Source: Methanobacteriaceae archaeon
Lineage (GTDB): Archaea; Methanobacteriota; Methanobacteria; Methanobacteriales; Methanobacteriaceae
DNA: 17,246 bases
NCBI GenBank assembly: GCA_003558085.1
Contig: PWMT01000170.1
Span: 1-17,246, forward strand
Reading direction: 5' to 3'
In this document: in pieces, positions 1-8,719 of the stretch
How the letters are laid out: every line of letters starts with the position of its first letter
How positions within the stretch are numbered: position 1 is the stretch's first letter
Translations under genes and position numbers: made by a program
Notes under the pieces: generated by a model
Seen by the model: only the letters and a program-made list of their open reading frames with translations
What the model was told of the DNA's origin: nothing
Databases searched by the model: none

Positions 1-2
1 AT

Positions 3-1157
3 TCTCATCGATTAGTGGTTACTGGAACCAATGGTAAATCTACTACTACCCATATGATTTTTCATATTCTAAAAACAGCAGGAAAATCAGTATTCACTAA
101 CACAGATTCTAAATCAGAATTCAATACCTTGATAGATCCCCTGGTTTCTAAATTGATTTGCTAATTTTATCTAGATTCAAAATACATTAAATCTACAAAT
201 TCTGAAAATGAAGATTATTTAATAGTTGAGGTTTCTGAAGTGCAAGGTTGGTTGGATAAGATCATGCAAGATCATGCCTTTCTCATGACCCAGGCTATTA
301 ATCCAGAATTGGTAGTTATCACTAACGTGGCTTTAGATCATATTGGACTGATACAATCTATTGAAGATTCATTTAAAGAAACCAGTGGTGCTGTAAAAGC
401 TTTAAAAAGGGGATATGCTATTTTGAACTCTGATGATCCTATGGTGCTTCGTATGGCTCAATTTATATCTCCAGGAGTCCAAAAAAGATATTATGGGTCT
501 AACTCTAACTCGTATTCTAGAAAAAATGGTATTTATTATGAGGGAAAATTGATCCTGGAAAGAGATAAACTGCCCTTTAAAAGCAGTCATTTTATTGAGA
601 ACACGCTCTCTGCAGTAGCTGCCTGCATCGCTCTTAAAATATCTTTAAAAAATATTAAAAAAGGTGTTTATTCTTATAAACCATTAGAGAGAAGATTTTC
701 GATTTTAAAGCATTCTCCTCGTATAATTGATGATTTTGCTCATAATCCGGATGGGATCCAGGCCACTATAAAAAGCGCTGCTCAATCCACCCCTAAACAA
801 CTCTGGATTTTATGTGCTATAAGGGGTTCTAGAGGCACAGAAATAAATTTACATAATGCAGAAGCCCTCTCCCATACTATTAAAGAACTTAAAAGAAATG
901 AAAACTGTAAGTTAAAAATCAGAATTTACGTTACTAGCAGTAGCGATGTAGTGGACCAACTCAATACAGTTAAAGACGATGAAAAAGCAATATTTTTAGA
1001 CACTTTAAACAAATATGAATTAAATTATAAATTTTTTGAAAATCTAGAAGATTCTATACAAGATATGGTAACTAAAGCACATGATGACGATACCCTTCTA
1101 CTTATCGGTGCTCAGGGTATGGATCCTGCCTCAGAAATTCTACAGAAGCTCATATAA
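3..1157 (+). CDS. Mur ligase family protein (pseudomurein peptide ligase, pMurE-like), 5'-truncated by the window and interrupted by an in-frame TAA at 162-164
   Basis: The frame starting at nt 3 reads SHRLVVTGTNGKSTTTHMIFHIL (Mur P-loop), then LVSKLIC*FYLDSK...YLIVEVSEVQGW, in the same frame as ORF 240..1157. That ORF carries TNVALDH, LNSDD and IIDDFAHNPDG. The pMurE assignment rests on recalled synteny with MTH734. It may be a pseudogene or contain a base error. Confidence 0.85.
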
Positions 1158-1580
1158 TTATTTTATCTTAGAATCCTTAATTTACGGTATTTTCAATTTT
1201 AATAGAATTAGTGTTGGGTGTTATTACTCAGGTGCCCTAGAACTTAGGGGATAGATTTTATGCGAAAGATTTTTATAGGTTAATTAGTATATAGTGTGCT
1301 AATCTAAGATAATATCCCTGGATAATCTTTCTTCTAGATTATATCTTTAATTTTCCTGTAATGAAAAATTCCAACCATAATAGTTTTTTATATTAATAGA
1401 AATACTAATTTAAATAGATCTGATTAATGAGTTTTAAAGGAGACAACTTATTATAAACATTGCTGGATTGATTTATAGTAATTTATAGAGTTCAAGGGTA
1501 CTGCAAGATAAGATATAATCTAAAAGTATAATAAATTGTTAGAAGGTATATTAATTAATATCACTTATAGGTGAAAACTA

Positions 1581-2015
1581 ATGTTCCTAAAAATTAGAAG
1601 AGATACTCTAATTATACTATTACTGGCTTTCATGCTCATCGTATCTGGTCGTTTAATGACTTATATGGCTTTTGCTTCCAGTACTGAAGAAAGTGAAGGA
1701 ATCCCTATTGCTGGAGTTATAATAAAAGGTAATGATATAGTGCCTATTTCCTCCATCAGGGCGAATATAGCTGGGGCTGGATTTCGTTCAGGTAGTTATA
1801 TTAGGGGGGATGTTTTGGTCACTTCCCGAAGGGAACTACCTTTAAATGAAGCCATTGCTAATGCAGAAGAGTTCGCCACCCGCACTACTATTCCGGGAAC
1901 TAGACTAACTCCCATTGTAGCAGCGGATATTAAAGTAGATATTGAAACTGGAATCGTGACCGTTAATGTCATCGAAGATTTCTCTACGGTAGATGTGAGG
2001 GGGGGAACAATTTGA
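1581..2015 (+). CDS. Hypothetical membrane-anchored protein with a POTRA-like segment
   Basis: SD AGGTGA upstream of ATG; N-terminal hydrophobic helix LIILLLAFMLIVSG; the segment IAGVIIKGNDIVPISSI resembles the start of a POTRA domain (by eye). Confidence 0.8.
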   Translation: MFLKIRRDTLIILLLAFMLIVSGRLMTYMAFASSTEESEGIPIAGVIIKGNDIVPISSIRANIAGAGFRSGSYIRGDVLVTSRRELPLNEAIANAEEFATRTTIPGTRLTPIVAADIKVDIETGIVTVNVIEDFSTVDVRGGTI

Positions 2016-3265
2016 AGACAAAGTCATTGCTCTTATTTTTATTAATTATATTTTTGACTATTAATACTGCTTCTGCTACCTTAAATGTAGTTATCATAAG
2101 TGATCCTACAGGTGAAGACCCTAACGGGGCTGCAGGGGGTAGTATGTCCTTTGCCCAAGATATGTTTCAATCTACTTTCCTGCTTTCTCGAGAACAACAA
2201 TTTGTTGTACTTTCTGGTGGTGAAGGCGATGCTGTTTCCAGATTAGGCGCTATTGTATCATCTATCAGTCGATTAGAGAGAGGATCTACAGCTGCAGAAG
2301 GAGCCGCAGCAGCTGGTTCATTTGCAGGAATAAGGATCATGACTGGTGGACCCGGTATTGGGGCGGCAGTAGGAGGATCCTTTGATGCTTATTTGGTGGT
2401 GGTAGATGCAGATGATACTATCAGCGTCACCCCTGTCTCAGGTGGACTGGCCACTTTAGCTCCTGGGGAAAGAGGAGCAATAATACACCTTAGAAATACT
2501 CCAGGAAACCCTCAGTATGGTACTGCAGCCAGAGTTAGAAGAGATACTGCCATAAATATTGGAAGAATGATTCGTGATGGTTATTCCGCCACCACTATCA
2601 TGGGAGAGGTTTTTGAACAAGTAGCTAAACAATCCGGTGAAAAACATGGTGGGGGTGCCGTTAATTTAAATTCAGGGATAACTACAGGAGATATGTTTAC
2701 CCCTGGCGATTTAGGTGAATATGGGTACCCCATGGATCAACCTTATAGAAAAGTTTGTCCTGTTGATGGATGGAATGTAGGTTTTCCCACTGCAGAAACT
2801 TATGAGGTTTGCCCCATTGATGGGAGTCCTTTAAAAACTGTTTATGCTTATGAGGCTTTAGCTGATGCCATTACTGTAACCAAAGACAGTATATCGGTTT
2901 CAGTATATGGTAGTGATGAAATGGGAGTCACCGAGACCACCAGGGAAGTAGTAAGAGCTGCTGTGCGTAGAGAGGGATATAATCCTAATTCCATAGCTGA
3001 ATCTTTAAATCGAGCCATTGATAATGGTTATATTGTGGGGGTAGATCACGTAGAACCTAAAGATATAAATGCTGTTGAATCAGCCCGAGCAGTTGGTGTT
3101 TATTATAATCCTTTACCTGGTGATAGGACTTCTCCGCCCTGGGACTTGCCGGTAAGTTCCAGTGTGCTGAATATCATCGGAAACATACAAACAGCCATCG
3201 GATTTGTGCTGGTTCTGCTGGTTCTGTTTAGAAGCAGTTTAATCACCTCCTTTAAAAGAAGGTAA
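2012..3265 (+). CDS. Hypothetical exported protein with signal peptide, paired CPxDG motifs and C-terminal membrane anchor
   Basis: TTG start overlaps the upstream TGA (TTGA) behind a G-rich SD; signal peptide ending TASA; CPVDG...CPIDG; C-terminal hydrophobic helix followed by KRR. Confidence 0.85.
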   Translation: MKTKSLLLFLLIIFLTINTASATLNVVIISDPTGEDPNGAAGGSMSFAQDMFQSTFLLSREQQFVVLSGGEGDAVSRLGAIVSSISRLERGSTAAEGAAAAGSFAGIRIMTGGPGIGAAVGGSFDAYLVVVDADDTISVTPVSGGLATLAPGERGAIIHLRNTPGNPQYGTAARVRRDTAINIGRMIRDGYSATTIMGEVFEQVAKQSGEKHGGGAVNLNSGITTGDMFTPGDLGEYGYPMDQPYRKVCPVDGWNVGFPTAETYEVCPIDGSPLKTVYAYEALADAITVTKDSISVSVYGSDEMGVTETTREVVRAAVRREGYNPNSIAESLNRAIDNGYIVGVDHVEPKDINAVESARAVGVYYNPLPGDRTSPPWDLPVSSSVLNIIGNIQTAIGFVLVLLVLFRSSLITSFKRR

Positions 3266-3277
3266 GGAGTTTTTGCT

Positions 3278-3640
3278 ATTACTCTAATTATTTTAAGGGC
3301 TGATAATACTAAAAAATTGTTAAATGCCTTGGCAGATATGGAAAGACACGCCCGATTAAAAATATTGGGCAAACCCAAATTATTGGATAATAAATCTGCT
3401 GATGCATTAGTAGAATCCATTTTAAAAACTAAATTAAGATATAAATCTAAACTAGCAGCAGCAGTTAAAGTGGAACAGGATGCCACTTTAAGCATTGTAA
3501 AAATTAGAAAAATTCATCCACCAGCCCACTTGGTGGTGGTTAGTAATGAATATAAGGAATATGAATCATTAAAATCAGAAATGAAAAATGCACCTATTTT
3601 TAGAGGTTATTATTCTCCTAAATCTCTGGGAAAAAATTAA
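3278..3640 (+). CDS. DUF356 family protein; probable ATT start at 3278 (ORF track starts at TTG 3317)
   Basis: The frame is open from 3266; AGGAG at 3265-3269 lies 8 nt before ATT; the translation xTLIILRADNTKKLLNALADMERHA...IHPPAH matches the DUF356 family as I recall it. Confidence 0.7.
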   Translation: MTLIILRADNTKKLLNALADMERHARLKILGKPKLLDNKSADALVESILKTKLRYKSKLAAAVKVEQDATLSIVKIRKIHPPAHLVVVSNEYKEYESLKSEMKNAPIFRGYYSPKSLGKN

Positions 3641-3680
3641 TTTAGAAAAAGATTTAGAAAAAACTTTTATTTAAATCAAT

Positions 3681-4139
3681 TTAACGTTTTTTAATCAGAG
3701 CTATATCTCCAATAGTTGATCTTTTCATAGAAGCTGCTTTAAACTCAGCATTAGTATTATCTTCTAATTTTTCTATGAGGGTAATATTAAGAATTTTTTC
3801 AATTTTGCGAGCTAATTTAATATCTGGAACCATTTTTCCAGTTTCTATACGGTTGATCACCGAAACTTTTTCATAGATTTTTTTGGCTAAATCTTCCCGG
3901 GACCAGCCTTTTTTCTCCCGGGCTTCTCGTATACGGCCACTGTAGTCTTCCAGTATATCATAAGTAGGTTCATCTTTTCGAGTTACTCGGGGTCTAGAGC
4001 GTGATTTGGAAGGCTTTGGCGGTTCTCTTTGGATTTTACCAAATTTAGAACAATTTTTACATACGTTCATAATTGATCCATCTATTTTTGTTTTGAGGGG
4101 GTGTTCACTAATCTTTTTTCCACAAATCTCGCATCTCAT
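3681..4139 (-). CDS. mbf1: Archaeal multiprotein bridging factor aMBF1 (zinc ribbon + XRE HTH)
   Basis: N-terminal CEICG...CKNC, HTH region IREAREKKGWSREDLAKKI...INRIETG, C-terminal TIGD motif; divergent from pan. Confidence 0.93.
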   Translation of the reverse strand: MRCEICGKKISEHPLKTKIDGSIMNVCKNCSKFGKIQREPPKPSKSRSRPRVTRKDEPTYDILEDYSGRIREAREKKGWSREDLAKKIYEKVSVINRIETGKMVPDIKLARKIEKILNITLIEKLEDNTNAEFKAASMKRSTIGDIALIKKR

Positions 4140-4250
4140 AAAGATCCCTTTGTTTGATTAATTATTAATATCATTAACTGGGCTTTAATTGTATCTTAAA
4201 GTAAATTTGAAACTTACCTTTATTTAATAATTTGCCTTTACAGATTAGAT

Positions 4251-4270
4251 AGTTAATGGTAGTTAATGGT
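4251..4270. repeat. 10-bp tandem duplication AGTTAATGGT x2 in the mbf1-pan intergenic region
   Basis: Two exact adjacent copies at 4251-4260 and 4261-4270. Confidence 0.8.
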
Positions 4271-4401
4271 CTAGAGATTATTTTATTTCCTAAAATAATA
4301 AAACCTTATTTTGAAAATCAATTTTTTTTATCTAGGTGCTTAGCTTAGATATTTTCTCCTATTTTTATCTCTAAAAAAATAAATTCTGCTCCACCTCAAT
4401 C

Positions 4402-4409
4402 TTTAAATA
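4402..4409 (+). promoter_or_regulatory. Candidate TATA box (TTTAAATA) for pan
   Basis: Matches the archaeal TATA consensus about 55 nt upstream of the likely start; the AT-rich context lowers specificity. Confidence 0.4.
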
Positions 4410-4461
4410 TTAATAAAACCAAGATAATATCAATAAAAGTTATATGGAGTGTTCTCATAAT

Positions 4462-5694
4462 ATGGAAAAATCCTCCCCAAGTGTTTTGAAGAAAATTGAA
4501 GAACTAAAAAAAGAAATTAGATTACTTAAAGAAGAAAATACTAAATCTAAACGTAACCTGATGTGGAAAGTAAGAAAACTGGAAAAAGATAAAGTTTTAA
4601 TTGAAAACGAAAAAATTAGGATGGATAGGGAAGTTAAATCACTTAGAGGTGAAGTGGAAAGATTTAGATCTCCTCCTTTAGTGATTGCCACTATCACCGA
4701 AGTTTTAGATGATCATCGGATTGCGGTTAAAAGTAGTACTGGACCTCACTTTGTAATTAATTACTCACGATTTATAGATGAAAAATTATTGGAACCTGGT
4801 GCACGGGTAGCATTAAATCAACAATCATTTAGTATTGTAGATGTTTTACCATCTGAAAAAGATCCGGTAGTAACAGGAATGGAAGTGGAAGAAAAACCCC
4901 TGGTATCTTATGAGCAGATTGGTGGTTTAGATGATCAGGTAGTGGAAGTTAAAGAAACTGTGGAATTACCTTTAAAAAAACCTGAACTCTTCGAGAAAAT
5001 AGGTATTGAACCACCTAAGGGTGTACTATTATATGGTCCTCCTGGTACTGGTAAAACTTTACTGGCTAAAGCAGTAGCCCATGAAACTAACGCCACTTTT
5101 ATAAAGATCGTGGCTTCTGAATTTGTTCGAAAATATATCGGTGAAGGAGCCCGTCTGGTGAGGGGTGTCTTTGAAATGGCCAAAGAAAAATCACCTAGTA
5201 TTATATTTATAGATGAAATAGATGCAGTTGCTGCTAAAAGATTAAAAAGCTCTACCAGTGGAGATAGAGAAGTACAAAGAACTCTAATGCAATTATTAGC
5301 TGAACTAGATGGTTTTGAAACCAGAGGAAATGTAGGTATCGTGGCTGCCACTAACCGACCTGACATTCTAGATCCTGCTCTTTTAAGACCAGGACGATTT
5401 GATCGATTCATCGAGGTTCCCATACCCAACGTAGAGGCTAGAAAAGAAATTTTAAAAATACATACCATGAACATGTCTTTGGCTGAAGAAGTAGATATTG
5501 ATCTTTTATCCACCATGACTGAAGGTGGGTCTGGAGCGGACCTGAAAGCCATAGGTACCGAAGCAGGTATGTTCGCCATCCGTGATGAAAGAGAAGAAGT
5601 TACCATGAATGACTTTATCAATGCAGTGGATAAAATAATGGGTATTGAAACTGAAGAGGAATATAAAAAAGAAGCTGGAGTAATGTTTGGCTAA
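4462..5694 (+). CDS. pan: Proteasome-activating nucleotidase (AAA+ ATPase)
   Basis: N-terminal coiled coil, RSPPL/OB domain, Walker A GPPGTGKT, Walker [30 protein letters not shown]. Start placed at ATG 4462 because of SD GGAGTG at 4446-4451 (ORF track starts at 4444). Confidence 0.97.
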   Translation: MEKSSPSVLKKIEELKKEIRLLKEENTKSKRNLMWKVRKLEKDKVLIENEKIRMDREVKSLRGEVERFRSPPLVIATITEVLDDHRIAVKSSTGPHFVINYSRFIDEKLLEPGARVALNQQSFSIVDVLPSEKDPVVTGMEVEEKPLVSYEQIGGLDDQVVEVKETVELPLKKPELFEKIGIEPPKGVLLYGPPGTGKTLLAKAVAHETNATFIKIVASEFVRKYIGEGARLVRGVFEMAKEKSPSIIFIDEIDAVAAKRLKSSTSGDREVQRTLMQLLAELDGFETRGNVGIVAATNRPDILDPALLRPGRFDRFIEVPIPNVEARKEILKIHTMNMSLAEEVDIDLLSTMTEGGSGADLKAIGTEAGMFAIRDEREEVTMNDFINAVDKIMGIETEEEYKKEAGVMFG

Positions 5695-5722
5695 ATTTAT
5701 TTTAATATAATTTTAAATTAAA

Positions 5723-5778
5723 GCCGATGATGAACCCTATGAGCTCTGATCAATGATGAATGATGGGCGATCTGAGGC
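5723..5778 (+). ncRNA. Box C/D 2'-O-methylation guide sRNA (sR-tMet-like)
   Basis: Box C ATGATGA 5727-5733; 12-nt guide ACCCTATGAGCT 5734-5745; box D' CTGA 5746-5749; box C' ATGATGA 5753-5759; 12-nt guide ATGATGGGCGAT 5760-5771; box D CTGA 5772-5775; terminal stem GCC/GGC. It is a GC-richer island in an AT-rich spacer. Confidence 0.93.
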
Positions 5779-5811
5779 GTAATATTTTATTATTATCTAG
5801 TAAATTAAATA

Positions 5812-6552
5812 CTAAATTTCAAAAAGATCCCCTAAAACTCTTTTTTTATCAGTTTGAATCAGAGAAGGAATTTTTCCAAGGGTGCCTGCAGATTCGCCTA
5901 CTATAATTAACACCCCCTTCATATATTCTTTATGATCATCTGCTTTAAGTAGGCCATTTTGAACCGCATCTGAATCAGATTCATCTTTAACTTCATTAGC
6001 TATGCTGGTGGCTATAGCATCAGCTATGCTGGCTTGATCAGCAAATACAGTGACGGAATCTGCTCTTCCAAAACTTATAGAATGGCCTATGGTTCCAGAA
6101 GAGGTACATATGCCCTGTGGTCTGGGGGAGGATTTAATTTCAAATCCTATTTTACCCGATAGAGAAGAAGCTCCCGCATAAAGCCCAGTTATTATTTTTT
6201 TATTTGTTTTAATGGCTATATCTCCTCCGTTATCTACTATGGAATATTTGGATCCTTTTTTTAATAAATAATGCAAAGTTAACTCGGCTATGGTTCCGGC
6301 AACAGCGGCCATAGGCCCAACTTCTGCTTTTTTACTAGCACGCTCCATCATTTTTACAATTAAAGGAACTTCAAATTCCCCAGGCTCTCTGATAACTGGT
6401 TCAAGTGAATTTTTAAAATCAGGATTTCTTTTAATATAATTTATTAGCTTCCAACGCTCCTTTAAGATAAAAGAGTAAATATCAGAATATTCCTTATCTG
6501 TACTTAAATTTATGTGGGTTTCACCAATAGAAATTTGCTGTCTGATCATCAT
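5812..6552 (-). CDS. UPF0280 family protein (ApbE superfamily)
   Basis: Motifs [16 protein letters not shown] and [19 protein letters not shown]. Confidence 0.9.
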   Translation of the reverse strand: MMIRQQISIGETHINLSTDKEYSDIYSFILKERWKLINYIKRNPDFKNSLEPVIREPGEFEVPLIVKMMERASKKAEVGPMAAVAGTIAELTLHYLLKKGSKYSIVDNGGDIAIKTNKKIITGLYAGASSLSGKIGFEIKSSPRPQGICTSSGTIGHSISFGRADSVTVFADQASIADAIATSIANEVKDESDSDAVQNGLLKADDHKEYMKGVLIIVGESAGTLGKIPSLIQTDKKRVLGDLFEI

Positions 6553-6718
6553 TCTTAGTTTATATATTACCCTACAAATATGCTTAGCAAATTATTTTAT
6601 ATTTGGCGAGCCAATCCAGTTTACAATTTTACTAAACATATTAGGTGGTTAACTAGATTATAGAAACCACTATTTAATTCCATAAAAGATATTAAGGTGG
6701 TAAGGATAGTATGATACA

Positions 6719-7378
6719 ATGATAGGAAATAATAGAAACCAGTATTCCAATGAAGAAAAACTAATATTTAAGGCCAGGCCCCGTATTTTCATGCATAGTA
6801 AATCTGTCCTAATCAAACTAATTCTTATTGGACTGTTAATTTACTTTATAAACCCCATCATCTCCTTAACGGTAACTGTGCAAAGTATCTTAATAGAATA
6901 TGTACAGGTACCTCTAGTACAGCTGACCACTACCTTGTTAATATTTATACTATTTCTACTGGTAATGTGGGCGGTATGGGATCTAATATCCTGGCATTTT
7001 ACAGAATACATGCTCACCGATCAGAGGATAATTGTTCAAAAAGGTGTTCTCAACAAGAAAAGGTCTAATATTCGCTATAATAAAATTCAAGATATGATCA
7101 GCTATCAAAGCCTAATGCAGCGAATCTTTGCTTGTGGAGATATTGAAATATACAGTGCACATAGTAACACCACCCTAATAATGGAGAACATACCCCAGCC
7201 TTATCAGTTAGAAAATAAAATTAATCGCATGATAGATCAGAAATTATCCTCTACTGAAATTGCTCGAGAAATAGAAAAAGAAATTCAAGGCGAGGTTGAA
7301 GAAGAACCCTTTGAGGAGATACCTAAACCAAGTAGAAAACCAATAATGGATCGACATTCAAAAAAGTTTAAGCGATAA
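6719..7378 (+). CDS. Membrane protein with bacterial PH (bPH_2/YdbS-like) domain
   Basis: Two N-terminal hydrophobic segments, then YMLTDQRIIVQKGVL...IQD...QSLMQRIFACGDI. Confidence 0.8.
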   Translation: MIGNNRNQYSNEEKLIFKARPRIFMHSKSVLIKLILIGLLIYFINPIISLTVTVQSILIEYVQVPLVQLTTTLLIFILFLLVMWAVWDLISWHFTEYMLTDQRIIVQKGVLNKKRSNIRYNKIQDMISYQSLMQRIFACGDIEIYSAHSNTTLIMENIPQPYQLENKINRMIDQKLSSTEIAREIEKEIQGEVEEEPFEEIPKPSRKPIMDRHSKKFKR

Positions 7379-7534
7379 ATACTAGAAAATCTCACTTGTT
7401 TTAATTAAAAATTTTTCTAACTAAAATTTAAAAAAATTTTAATCTATAATATTTTAATCAGATATAACTATGTAATTGTCCTAAAAAATTTCTGGGAAAC
7501 AATTCAGCTTAATTTACTTATAAGGCGGAAAAAA

Positions 7535-8719
7535 ATGGTAGAATATGATGTATTGATAGTAGGTGCAGGCCCTATAGGCTCAACTTTTGCCTTCCATATG
7601 GCTGAAGCAGGCTATAAGGTAGGTATCTTAGAAAAGAAAAATAAAATAGGAGTCCCTTTACAATGCGCTGGCCTCATAGGAAATAAGATTATGGGCTTAA
7701 AACCAGTTCCTGATGAGTATATAATAAACCAGGTGCGAGGAGCCTATTTACATTCACCTTCGGATCATATTTTGAAAGTATCTAAATCAGAAACCCAGGC
7801 CTATGTTATTGACCGGGTAGGATATGATAATTACTTGACACAAACCGCCCAGAATGCAGGGGCGGAATTATTCCTCCAACATAAAGTAATAGGGGTGGAA
7901 AATTCAACGGGAAAAATTATCATGGACAAGGATGGTCAAAAAGATTTTAAAGCGAAGGTAATAGTGGATGGCGCCGGATATTCCTCACCTATCTCTCGCT
8001 CTATAAATAAATTCTCACAACCATTTCAAGCTGCACAATACCTTTTAAACCTTAAAAATGAATCTTTAGAAAAGGATTTTGTGGATGTTTATGCTAATGA
8101 TATAATCTCCCCCGGTTTTATATGGTCGATACCTCTTTCAAAAAAGCAATGCCGTATTGGTGTATTTGGTCATCATGATTATCATTTTTTAAATCGTATT
8201 TTAAAAGATTTCATTGAATCTAATCCTAAATTTAGAGAATCTAGTATTATAAAGAAATATCATGGAAAAATACCTGTTTATAGTCCTCAAAATAAACTCG
8301 TTGAAGGTCGAACTATAATCCTTGGTGATGCTGCTTCTCAGGTCAAACCCACTACTGGCGGCGGTCTACTAATTGGTTTCCAATCAGCAAAAATAGCAGT
8401 AAACATAGTTATAAGAGCCCTGGAAAATGAAGACTTTTCTCTTTTACAAGAATATGAAATTCAATTTCGAAACATATTTGAAAAAGAATTAAAATTACAG
8501 CTTTTTGTTCAAAAAACCTTTAAAGCACTTAAAAATTCTGATTTAGATCTTATGTTTGAGAAACTTAAAACAAAAAATGCTGAAGAATTAATATCTATTT
8601 ACGGGGATATGGATACCCAGTCCCTTCTGATTAAGGAAATGGTTAAAAGGGGAATATTATTTTCGATTCTTCCTCAGTTATTATATAGGAGGATGTCCCC
8701 TGCATGGAATTTTTTCTAA
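7535..8719 (+). CDS. Geranylgeranyl reductase family FAD-dependent oxidoreductase
   Basis: FAD-binding DVLIVGAGPIG, PLQCAG, IDR motif and GDAASQVKPTTGGG. Confidence 0.88.
   Translation: MVEYDVLIVGAGPIGSTFAFHMAEAGYKVGILEKKNKIGVPLQCAGLIGNKIMGLKPVPDEYIINQVRGAYLHSPSDHILKVSKSETQAYVIDRVGYDNYLTQTAQNAGAELFLQHKVIGVENSTGKIIMDKDGQKDFKAKVIVDGAGYSSPISRSINKFSQPFQAAQYLLNLKNESLEKDFVDVYANDIISPGFIWSIPLSKKQCRIGVFGHHDYHFLNRILKDFIESNPKFRESSIIKKYHGKIPVYSPQNKLVEGRTIILGDAASQVKPTTGGGLLIGFQSAKIAVNIVIRALENEDFSLLQEYEIQFRNIFEKELKLQLFVQKTFKALKNSDLDLMFEKLKTKNAEELISIYGDMDTQSLLIKEMVKRGILFSILPQLLYRRMSPAWNFF

Noticed and set aside
3640-3662. ATTTAGAAAAA direct repeat between the convergent DUF356 and mbf1 genes
   Set aside because: Low complexity; adequately explained as oligo-T termination signals on the minus strand.
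4935-5621. 228-aa antisense ORF inside pan
   Set aside because: It is a shadow of a highly conserved AAA+ gene, Ser-rich, with no recognisable motifs.
5680-5694. PAN C-terminus ends MFG rather than a canonical HbYX with Tyr
   Set aside because: A conservative aromatic substitution that I recall in related methanogen PANs; no sign of a defect.
5727-5765. ATGATGA repeats considered as a microsatellite or mini-CRISPR
   Set aside because: Fully explained as boxes C and C' of the sRNA; there is no repeat-spacer array.
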